Shown: piece by piece, positions 26,956 to 38,244 of the stretch
Numbering within the stretch: the stretch's first letter is position 1
How the letters are laid out: each line of letters opens with the position of its first letter
DNA from: Octopus sinensis
Lineage: Eukaryota
Direction of reading: 5' to 3'
Assembly: GCF_006345805.1 (NCBI RefSeq)
Contig: NC_043001.1
Location: forward strand, 21,824,001 to 21,888,000
DNA: 64,000 nucleotides
Translations under genes and position numbers: made by a program
Notes under the pieces: model-generated
The model's database searches: none
The model's input: the letters and a program-made list of their open reading frames with translations, nothing else
What the model was told of the DNA's origin: nothing

Positions 26956-29440
26956 TATGTTAAAATAAAATTAAGCATTGTAATATATTCTTCCTAGTAT
27001 GTTTTCATTATCTAGCTAATATTAAACCTTTTTGATACCAACCAATTTGAGCCCCTTCTTGGTTCTATGATATAAACTTCAGGTTTCAAAGTGGCCTGCA
27101 TTTAAACTTACCATCAAGATTTCACATAATTTTACATTTCAAACATCAGCTTAATAATGCCAAAGTTATTTTATTAAATTCTTCATTATCTTTAAAACCA
27201 ATTAAAACAACAAGTGCAATTTAAAAGAAACAGAGTAACAAAATGGTTAAATATGTAATAAAATAAAATTATTTTCACACATTTCACTAAGTATAAATAT
27301 TTATATTTTATACCATATAACATTTGTTATATTTCTAGTAAGTTAACAGTCTGTTTACATATTTGAGTATTTTTTTTAATAGTTTTTTTTTCACTATTTC
27401 CTTTTACTTACTTTTCAATGTTTTCCCCCCAGTTCTTGACATAAGTTATAAATTAGTTGCCTTGCTTACAGATTTTATATATAAGCAATGTTTTCAAATA
27501 AGTATCTTATTTTACTATAGTACATTTATATACAGATGGAGAGAGAGAGTGTGTGTGTGTTTGTGTTGAAGAACAGTAAAGTATGGTATAAATATTTGCC
27601 AAATAGTGCACAGATAAATCAAAACTTAAATCCCAACTCCTTCATCAGGGCAGGTAGCTCTGGTGTAGGGATCAGCTATAAGAACAATGTCTATCAAGCA
27701 GGTAAAAAAAAAAAGTAAGCAAAGAATATCAGGTGTAAGTAATGTACTTATATGGAATACAAATAAGCAAAAGGAATGATGTAGAAGCCCACTTGTCTTT
27801 ACAGCTGTTTCAGAAATCTATACTAAAGTCACATAATATTGTAGTGTACAAAACAACACAAATTTTTTTGGGATCCGTGTGGTGAAATCATGTTATCCTC
27901 ATCAGAAGATTCTGGCTATAAAAATTCATGTTATTCTATTCACCTATGATACTATAGGACTTTATCACATGGTTATGGCAACAGTCATAGTTTGCCCAAA
28001 ACAGCTGTACAGATAAGACTATCACATTATTCCTTTTGTTTATTTGTATTCCTTGTAAGTGCATTCATTATGCCAACTTTTGTTTATTAACTTTTTTTAC
28101 ACACACACATTTAATCCCTGCTTTTTCACACTAGCATGAGTTTGCATGAAGACATATCTCAGGCATTGTTGTTTTTATTTGTTTGTTGTTGGTCCTCCGT
28201 TTGCAAACCCTGACCTGTTTTTCAAGTAAGGGATCTTTTGTTTCACAGGTCTTTGAAAATCCAGAACAGCCTATCATAATGCCAACAAGGAATGTAAACA
28301 TTATTCATCATTTTGCACTCTACACATATGATGAGCTTCCTACAGTTTCCCTCTCCCAAACTTACAAAGTAATTGGAAGAGGCAATCAGACATTATAAGA
28401 TGGGATGCTACTTGGATGAGATGCAATTACTAACAAAAATGTGTATGAGTATTTATATATCATTAAATTGCTATATAGATGAATAGAAAATAAGTTATGG
28501 ATGATAAAGATTAAATCAAAGTTATATTATAACTAGGAATTGGTAAACAAGTCTAATAAGAAAAATGTCAAAGCTACATGATAAAATCGTCATCAGTTAA
28601 TATTTGTCTCCATGCTAGCAGGGATTGGACAGTATGGGTGCACCATGCACCAGTTGTCTGTTTTGGCATGGTTTTTATGGCTGGATGCCCTTCCTAATGT
28701 CGACCACTTTACAGAGTGGCATTAGGAAGGGCATCTAGCTGTAGCATATAAAAATGTTTAAAATGTATAACAAGATAGGAGAACGATAATGATACGGCTG
28801 GAAGAGGAGATACAAAAGACACACATTATAAGAAGAGTCACCTTGCATTAATCCTTTTGATAACAACCTGCTTGAGACCATCTCAAGTTCTAAGATACAA
28901 ATTCTCTGCTTTAAAGCGATCTAAATTAAAACCTCCCACCAAAATGTCATATTAATTTATGCTCCAAGTCCCAGCTTAATAATAACAAAGCTTATTTTTA
29001 AAATTATTTATTATTTTCCAAATTTATTGAAATAAAAGTAACATTTTAAGAGAAATAAGGAAGCAAATTGATTATAAACGTAAAATATTTTTTTTAGATA
29101 TGAATATAATTAAAAGTTTAAAAAAATCAATAATATTCAAAAGCAAGAGATTGGCTTTAACTATCAGAAAAAGGAATAACTAATAATACCAAAGTAAATA
29201 AATGTAATAATTATGTATGTAACCTTAAATTTTAATCGTTATTAGTAATATTAATTTGTAGTAATATTCTAGAGGTGGATATATATTAAGCTGTTCACCA
29301 TTATCTTTTGTCTCTCTTCAGTTTCCAATTAATCATTACCGACAATTCTGTTTAACTTTCCAAATAATATGGACCTTTCTTAATCTTGAAATCAATTCAC
29401 ATATTCTTTATATAATGTTGTGCATGTGTATGCATTTATG

Positions 29441-29443
<3 letters not shown>

Positions 29444-29489
<46 letters not shown>
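29444..29489. repeat. Pure (AT)n tract
   Basis: Direct reading, about 23 units. Confidence 0.95.
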
Positions 29490-29492
<3 letters not shown>

Positions 29493-30764
29493 TGAAGACA
29501 AAACCCATATATGTATAAATGTATTTATGTGTGTATGTACAAAAATTAGATATAGATACATGAAGCAAAATAAATTATACCCATTGCAAGTCTATGTAAT
29601 GATACAAAAAAAAAATAAACACACAGCTGCATATATAATTGAAACATAATGGATAGGGAGATTACCGACAAATAATTAGAAATGGAAGGTGAGATTCTAA
29701 AGAAGGAAAAGAAATTATCCATTTCAGAAAAATCATTGGTTTAAAATATTTCAGAGTTCTAAGTGACTATATCTTCAAAGAAGGACTAGTTAAGAGTGTC
29801 TTTAGGGTAATTGGTATTAGGAAAAAAGGATTCTATATAACTCAGGAGTGCATATATTGCATGGCTTATTATCATAAGTGTATATCATACAGTGTGTGAA
29901 AGAACTTTCTAAATGATTTTGAAAAGGAATAAGAATTTAGAGACTAAATATGTGATGATAATGAAGTGACTGCTCACATATTAGAGTTATAAAATAAATG
30001 TGTGTTAACTATTTTTAAGGAGTTGGTAGTTAAGACAATAAGACAGAGAGGAAAAATCGGTTTTGACTAAAGTTCAAGCAATTTCCTGGAGAAGGTAAGT
30101 AATAATATTTGTAAATTTTTAGCTGTGAGAATTTTGTTGATCTTGTCGACTTTAAGACAACTAATATTCTGGATTGCAATGCAATGCATTAGCGAGAATC
30201 ATCATCATCATTGTCATTTAACGTCCGCTTTCCATGCTAGCATGGGTTGGACGATTTTGACTGAGGGCTGGCAAACCAGATGGCTGCACCAGGCTCCAAT
30301 CTTGATTTGGCAGAGTTTCTACAGCTGGATGCCCTTCCTAATGCCAACCACTCTGAGAGTGTAGTGGGTGCTGATCTATGATGCTGATTTCTTGCTTTGG
30401 GTAAGAACAATACTATAGGATAGAGATACTAAACGGGCAGTCACATGACTTAAATGAAAGTTGGACAAATTAAAACTATTTAAAATGAGGGAATATCTCA
30501 ATAATTATTTAAAAATATTTAACTGAGGAATGAAATTTTTTTATATCTTTATGCTAATCACTTTATATTACACTATACTTAGGATTATAAAAAATCTTAG
30601 CAGAAATAGGACTATTCCAAAGAATCCAACCCCAGATGATGTGCATTACAATAATTCCACATGTGTCTAAATCACCTTTAATATTATATTAAAACTCACG
30701 TTTATCATGAATAATTAATTTATATCAATTAATCACAGATTAATGCTGATCAAAATTACTTTAA

Positions 30765-30984
30765 CCCTTTAGTGTTTAAACTGGCCATATCCGGCCCAGA
30801 TATTCCACATGTTTTATATTCAAACTGGCCAAATCTAGCCTCTCACACCTAACCTACATTGACATTCTAAAAATAAACAATCACATCATTGAAACCTCAA
30901 AGCTATAAGATAATGCTTGATTAATTCAAAACAATTTGAGTGGAAAAGTATTAGATTTAACAGAGTAATCTGAACACTAAAGGG
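30765..30984. mobile_element. piggyBac-type MITE family 2
   Basis: TTAA|CCCTTTAGTGTT ... AACACTAAAGGG|TTAA. More decayed copies at 3005-3224 and 34034-34230. Confidence 0.88.
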
Positions 30985-31647
30985 TTAATACTTACTTTAA
31001 TAAAAATATGAATAAAATAATAAAATACGTCAATCTCTGCTCAGTAATCTGGCTTTGTCACATTGAATAAAATAAATAAATCTCTATTGAAACAGTCTGG
31101 TTTTGTCATATTGGTGATAGCAGTATTATGTAAGTAAATTCTATTGTAAATAAAGAACCTATTATAAATAAGAATTTCAATAGCCACAACTCAACTATTT
31201 ACATACAAATACACTATATTTACATATATAGTTCTTTTAAGCAGTAATTCAACAGTGAACAATAGTTAATGAATTAATATGTTTTATAAATATTATATAA
31301 CATAAAAGCAATTTATTTCATAGAAAATATTAATTTACAATATTAAATTAATATTTTCTATAAACAGCAAATAACTGTTTATAAAACAGAATGCTATACT
31401 CTAGTATTCTTTTAAAATCGATTGTTAATTAAAACTGAGTAGTAAACACTATACAGCTAGTTTTATTTAGATTAATCTTCACTGAATCTTAGGTAAAGAC
31501 TTAATAATATATATTAGAAAGTAAAAAAATTGAAAGTTCTATTCTTTATGGGAGTGCAAAATGTTTAGTTCATGTGTAAAAAGGTCTTGTTCATGTGCAG
31601 TATAATTAGTAGGTGGTGTAATTAATAAATTAATATGATCTGCCAGC

Positions 31648-31764
31648 ATCCTTCTTTTTAAATACATTATTAATCAAACCTATTTTTCTCTTAATTAGTG
31701 GCTAAATAAAAAAAAAAATTATGTAATCAGGGGTTACATAGAATAACCTTCACTCTTAAAAGAC

Positions 31765-31797
<33 letters not shown>

Positions 31798-31911
31798 ATC
31801 CTTCTTTTTAAATACATTATTAATTAAACCTATTTTTCTCTTAATTAATGGCTAAATGAAAAAATTTATGAAATCAGGGGTTACATAGAATATCCTTCAC
31901 TCTTAAAAGAC

Positions 31912-31985
<74 letters not shown>
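31648..31985. repeat. About 150-bp tandem duplication, each unit ending in an (AT)n(GT)n tract
   Basis: CTTCTTTTTAAATACATTATTAAT recurs at 31651 and 31801, with a few substitutions along the units. Confidence 0.9.
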
Positions 31986-31990
<5 letters not shown>

Positions 31991-32088
31991 CGTGCATTAT
32001 ATATATATGTGTGTGTAATGCTTTTACACACACATACAAGTACTTATCTCTGTCTCTGTCTCTCTCTATCTCTTTCTATCTATCTATC

Positions 32089-32120
<32 letters not shown>

Positions 32121-32759
32121 CTTACATCATTATAATTTTTAGCATCCATTTTTCTATACTTGCCTAACTCAGGCGGAATTCATTAAGACAAATTTTTAAC
32201 AATCAGGTACCCTTCTTGTTGCTAACTCTCATCTGTTTTACAAGCAAAAGTAATATTTTTGGAACTGAAGGATGCCACTTGTATGGTGGTGACACTCATT
32301 TACAGCTTTCATGCAATGTAAAGACAAGAAGGTGTACACACGCATGTGCACACACACACACAAAATAGGCTTTTTATCAGGCATTTCAGTTTCCATCTAC
32401 CAAATCCACTCACAAGTCTTTGAGTAGTCTAGGGCTATGGTAGACAATACTTGCCTAAGGTGCTTTGCAGTGGGTCTAGGTTTGAAACTAGTGATTCAGA
32501 AGCAAACTTCTTAACCATACAGCCATGTTTAGCACAAGTTAACAGGACACAAAAATACAAATATACAAATTAATATTCCAAAAAAAAAAAAGAAAAAAAA
32601 AGAAATAAACATTGTGGTAATTATCACAGGAGTGTAAGATATGTCTAGTTATAAATCTGAAAGAGAAGTCTAGTTCATTGGCTGGATAAGCAGTTAGTGG
32701 TGCAATTAGAAAACATATAATATATTAACCACCAAGGCAGAAGCATGGTTGTTAATGTA

Positions 32760-33068
32760 AGTATGTTTTATATATTGTGAAGCAATTCTTTCCAAATTCT
32801 CATAAAGCAGAATCTTGGCATCTGCAGTACACAAGTCACATGATGTTTTATTTCCAATGTAAGATTTTCTCTTAGCCAGTACACTCCATTCAAAACCATA
32901 ATGGGTGTTTGTGACTCTAAGATGACATAAGTATCTGAATTTTTTTTTAGTGGGGTTCCTGAATGGATCTATGTGTTGGTAGTATCTGAATATGAATTTA
33001 GTTGTGGTACAACCAATCCATGCTTTATAGCAAGTACTAGTTTTAACCTGACAGTTATACACTATTTC
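32760..33068 (-). mobile_element. Penelope-like element, GIY-YIG endonuclease remnant
   Basis: IVYNCQV...AWIGCTTTKF.FRYYQH..PFRNP...FEWSVLAKRKSY...CDLC pattern, typical of PLE GIY-YIG domains. Confidence 0.75.
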
Positions 33069-34414
33069 CTTACCTAAGCAGTTGTGAAATTGCAGTTAGT
33101 ATTATTACTTGAACTACTTGAATTTAATTTAGCTGTGTTGAATCATGTAATATTCTAAGTTACATAGTAAATAGGATAGTTTTACAATTTATATTGAAAA
33201 TTTTATAGTATTTGTGCTGATGGGTAGTGGAGAAAATACTTAACTAAGCAAAAACATTTTAGCTACAGTATGGAACAACTGCATAATTATGAGGATTACA
33301 TTAGAATGATTTCCGCACAGGTTTCTATTAATCCGAATTACAGAGTGAGCTATAGGTTATTTTCTCCTAAAATCTTTTTAACAAGACACTCTTGTAATAT
33401 GGGGGAAATAGTTGTTAAAAATTTGCTTATTAGCATAAAGGTATTCTAAGAAATATGCCCTTAACTAAATACTTGGTTATACCATTTGTTAAGATAAATG
33501 ACAAGTGTTTCTATGCTGAGTGTACAAAGAAATACTCTGCTAAAAACACAATGAGCCAGAAACCAAAGTAAACCTGAGTTCAATGGCAGCTGGTACTCCG
33601 AAGTTACTATCAACCTTTCCTTGTAAAAATTAATAACACACACACAAAAATAAATATGCATAATGAACCAGAAAAAAACAAACAAACAAAATAAACGTAT
33701 TTAGAATTCTGGAAAAAGGTAATCAATTCTTCTCAACCCAAGTGGATAAATCTTTCATCTTTATATATGATGATAGCAAAGAAGAATATAAAAAACTTGA
33801 CAACAGAAATTTCCTACCTAAAAATTACATTGAAAAATCAATCCATCACAAATTTTTACTTAATATATCTCATCAGCTACAAACTTTTGCTTTCAACAAA
33901 ATAAAGAAACTTTGTATTTGTGATAAGAAAATATTGTTGTCTACACAAGAAGATAATTTTCTTAACATTTCACAATATGTCTTAGCCCTGCTCGAAATAC
34001 ACACCTGAATTTCAGCACAAAATTTCACCTTAACCCTTTAGTATTCAGATTTCTCTATCAAATGCTTTGAATTAATTATGCATTATGTTGCTGTTCTGAG
34101 ATTTTGGTGATGTGATTGCTTATTTTTAGAATAATTGTAGTGTAGGTGTAAGAGATCAGAATCTAGCAAATTTGAACATAAAACAGGTAGAATATTTTGA
34201 CCAAATATGGGCTGCTTAAATGCTAAAGGGCTAAATAAAAATATCACCAAAAACAGAAAGTTGAACAGGAATTACTTTATCATTCTATCAAGACTCTTAG
34301 CAATAAGGCACAATAACAATCAATGACAACCTGTGAGACTTATTCAGGTGTAAAAGCAATAAATCAGGATGTAAAGGCAATAACAAAAATGCACTTAACA
34401 AGAATCATAATCAT

Positions 34415-34805
34415 AGGCGCAGGAGTGGCTGAGTGGTAAGAAGCTTCATTACCAACCACATGGTTCCAGGTTCAGTCCCACTGCGTGGCACCTTGGACAA
34501 GTATCTTCTACTATAGCCTTGGGCCGACCAAAACTTGTGAGTGGATTTGGTAGATGGAAACTTAAAGAAAGCCTGTCGTATATATGTATGTGTGTGTATA
34601 TGTTTGTGTGTCTGTGTTTGTCCTCCCAACATTGCTTGACAACCGATGCTGGTGTGTTTACGTCCCTGTAACTTAGCGGTTCGGCAAAAAGCGACCGATA
34701 GAATAAGTACTAGGCTTACAAAGAATAAGTCCTGGGGTCGATTTGCTCAACTAAGGGCACTGCTCCAGCATGGCCACAGTCAAATGACTGAGATAAGTAA
34801 AAGAG
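34415..34805 (+). mobile_element. SINE family A, full length
   Basis: Complete head, microsatellite and tail. Other + copies at 45552-45919, 55297-55649, 59064-59488 and about 62617. Confidence 0.88.
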
Positions 34806-35306
34806 TACCTCTATAAGATCTGAGAAATAATGATAAAATTGTAATATGTAAAAGTGATAGGAGTAATCTGTTATGAAGAACAAAGACAAATCCATAAGAA
34901 ACCTAAGCAACACTAAGAAAGACACCAGGGCACAACTAAAAATTAAACTCAATAATGCTTACATAGGATCTACTGTGTCCCAATATCTAGGAAGGATTAG
35001 CCCCACAATCATCATAAAGTCTCACAAATAAAATAAACCCTTCACCCTGTAATCTCCAAAATCAACATACTTACACATAAAATTGCTACGTAACAAGATA
35101 ACACAAAGAAATTTATGCCACAAGGATGCATAATATACACACACCAAATTAATTCATAAAAATTTTACAGGAAACTTACAAAGTTGAAACATTCCTACTG
35201 TGGATGCTGGTAATCTTTTTACCAATATTCTGCTAATGGAAACTATAACTATAGGACATACACAACCTATAATAAAACCTTGAAATAAACCAAGAAACAT
35301 CCTTAA

Positions 35307-35515
35307 CCCTTTTGTTACTGTATTTATTTTGAGATGCTCTGTGTTTCTTTCAATTACTTTAAATATAACAAAGAATTTAGTAAAATAACTTAATTATCAT
35401 TTAGCTAGTGTTAGGAACATAAATTGTGACTAAGGTTTGGTGGAAGATTTTAATTCAAACTTATGAAAACAAGACATTTGTACTCAGAGTCAGGGCTGGG
35501 TTGGTAACGAAAGGG
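35307..35515. mobile_element. piggyBac-type MITE family 1
   Basis: TTAA|CCCTTTTGTTAC ... GTAACGAAAGGG|TTAA; opposite orientation to 7654-7873. Confidence 0.88.
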
Positions 35516-36881
35516 TTAAAAAGTTTGTGTTTGCCAACAAAAGCAAGGTTCTCTTTTGCTGTCCACAAGGCCACCTATTCACAAAGAGGGACGGAGTGGT
35601 TATGGATTATCCACTCGGTCCACAATTCAGCATTTAATATTGTTAACATAGTCCAGATAACTGAAGTAATATACAAATGTCATCATAAACATGAAAGCTG
35701 AAATCACAGCTCAAGCTGTCACATCTGACATACACACACACATGTGACATTCTCACTGACTGACCATGTCTTTACAACATGGAGCTACTGCAGTATATTA
35801 TCTTAAATGTAAACATTCAAATTATAAGAAAACTGAAAGGAATATTTTCAAAGAACATCCGAGCGGTAAACTTGATCTGTCGAATGGTTTAACACCATCA
35901 CCTGGTTCTGGAGTACATTTCGTGGAGTCCACTCTGTTGCTAGCATTCAAACCAGGTTTCCAGTTTGAGGATAATTTCCTCTCACCAGTGTCAGAGGTCC
36001 TGCAATAGAGTCTTGGACACCACTCATCATTCTATGACTAAGCCGTTAAGATAGAAAAAAAAATTCAAGCCCTTAGATTTTTGCATTTCAGATTTATCGC
36101 AAGTATCTCATGAACAGCACATAAAAGGTTACAGAGTGGTCCAATGGAAATTTTTAATTATACAAAGTGCATAATAATTTTTCTACCATAGGTACATGTC
36201 TGGAAGTTTTGGGGGAGTCAGTTACATTGAACCCAGTGCTTATCTCGAAAGGATGAAAGGCAAAGTCAATTTCAGCAGAATTTGAACTCAGAATGTAAAG
36301 CCAGATGAAATGTCACTAAGTATAGTATTTGGCATGCTAACAATTCTTATTTCTTTATTGCCCACAAGGGGCTAAACACAGAGAGGACAAACAAGGACAG
36401 ACAAAGGAATTAAGCTGATTATATCGACCCCAGTGCATAAGTGGTACTTAATTTATCGACCCCGAAAGGATGAAAGGCAAAGTCAGCCTTGGCGGAATTT
36501 GAACTCAGAATGCAACGGCAGACAAAATACCGCTAAGCATTTCGCCTGGCGTGCTAACGTTTCTGCCAGCTCGCTGCCTTTGCAAAGTGCATAATATTAA
36601 CAACAACTATTGTAGGGCTTTACCTAAAAAACACAAACTAAATTCAGAATGGACAACACCAATATGGATATTAAATTCTCACTTCTGGCACTACAGAGAA
36701 AATGCTGTAGATCTTAATACTATCAATGATTATTTACTGATTAAACTAGCCATAATTAAACTAGCTGATTGTACTCATTAAACTAGCCATAATATAATCA
36801 TGCAGTCATCAACCTTTTACTTGTTTCAGTCATTGGACTGCAGCCATGCTGAGGCATCACGTTGAAGAATTTTTTAGTCAC

Positions 36882-37173
36882 TTCAAATGGAAATTGTAGT
36901 TGTGATACTCGTGCCGGTGGCACATAAAAAGCACCATCTGAATGTGGTCGATGCCAGTGCCACCTTGACTGGCTTCCATGCCGGTGGCACGTAAAAAGCA
37001 CCCACTACACTTACGGAGTGGTCGACGTTAGGAAGTGCATCCAGCTGTAGAAACACTGCCAGACCAGACTGGAGCCTGGTGCAGCCTCCTGGCTTCCCAG
37101 ACCCTGGCCAAACCGTCCAACCCATGCTAGCATGGAAAACGGACATTAAATGATGATGATGATGATGATGATG
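36882..37173 (+). mobile_element. 5'-truncated copy of the RTE 3'UTR
   Basis: Collinear with about 62240-62583, including the GTGCCGGTGGCAC units and the (GAT)n tail. Confidence 0.85.
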
Positions 37174-37563
37174 AAATGAGCTGTTCTCCCCACCAAACAT
37201 TTTTTTTGAAGCCTAGCATTCATTCTATTAGTCTCTTTTGCTGATCTGTTAACTTACATGGATGTAAAGTCACCAATAACAATTGTTAAGCAGTGATGAG
37301 GAACAGACACAGATACAAAGACACACACATTGATATATAAGCAGCACACTTCTTTTAGTTTCTGTCTACCAAGTCTACTCACAAGGGTTTGGTCAGCCCA
37401 AAGCTGTAGTAGAAGACACTTGCCCAATGTGCCATGCAGTGGGACTGAACCTGGAAGCACGTAGTTAGGAAGCAATTATATAGGCAACCTACCGATAACC
37501 TGTTCAGGAAATACTTCAAGTGTTCTACAAATTTGATATAAAGCACTAAACATTTTCAAGTAG

Positions 37564-37603
<40 letters not shown>

Positions 37604-37802
37604 ACATAAAAAGAAAGAGAGACCCATTCAGCTTGTTGACATTAATTATATGTACATTCAAATGAAACGAATATAAGAAAAAATATGATGCAAATAAGGA
37701 GTTACCAATATTTCATACATCTCATATTTATTTATACATATACACATTATTTACATACATACATACAAATTTACACAAACACACATATATACGCCATGAT
37801 AG

Positions 37803-38090
37803 ATCGTTAGCCACTACACACATTTTTTTCTCTCCTTGTTTTTTCTGTGTACCTTTCTGTAGAAGAGCATAGGCTCGAAACGTAAAAGACTTTTTCTATT
37901 CCTGAGCGTTATCGTTAGCCACTACACACATTTTTTTTCTCTCCTTGTTTTTTCTGTGTCCCTTTCTGCAGAAGAGCATAGGCTCGAAATGTAAAAGACT
38001 TTTTCTATTCCTGAGCGTTATACTAATACATCTGTTTGTTTTGTACACCACCTGTCTTCGTCTTTTGTTTTTTTTCATAAACTCTCCCAA
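37803..38090 (+). repeat. Dispersed repeat with an internal about 109-bp tandem duplication, each unit carrying a hammerhead-like motif
   Basis: Units start at 37803 and 37911. A single-unit copy lies at 57872-58044. Confidence 0.8.
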
Positions 38091-38244
38091 TACACTTAGC
38101 AGCTTGTTAAATCTAAATAACAGGAATATATCTGCAACTAATGAAAGAATTTTCTTATAAAAAGTAAATATAATCATATCTTAATAAAAAAAAGTAAATT
38201 AAGTCTATTAAAAATAAAAAAAAAAAAAAAAGAAATTTACTTAC

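Noticed and set aside
27630-27690. CTGATGAAGG on the minus strand, suggesting a hammerhead
   Set aside because: No properly placed stem II or GAAAC box follows; at best a decayed remnant.
35766-36008. 80-aa plus-strand ORF
   Set aside because: Antisense to the cryptic exon candidate; no motif, no splice or promoter support.
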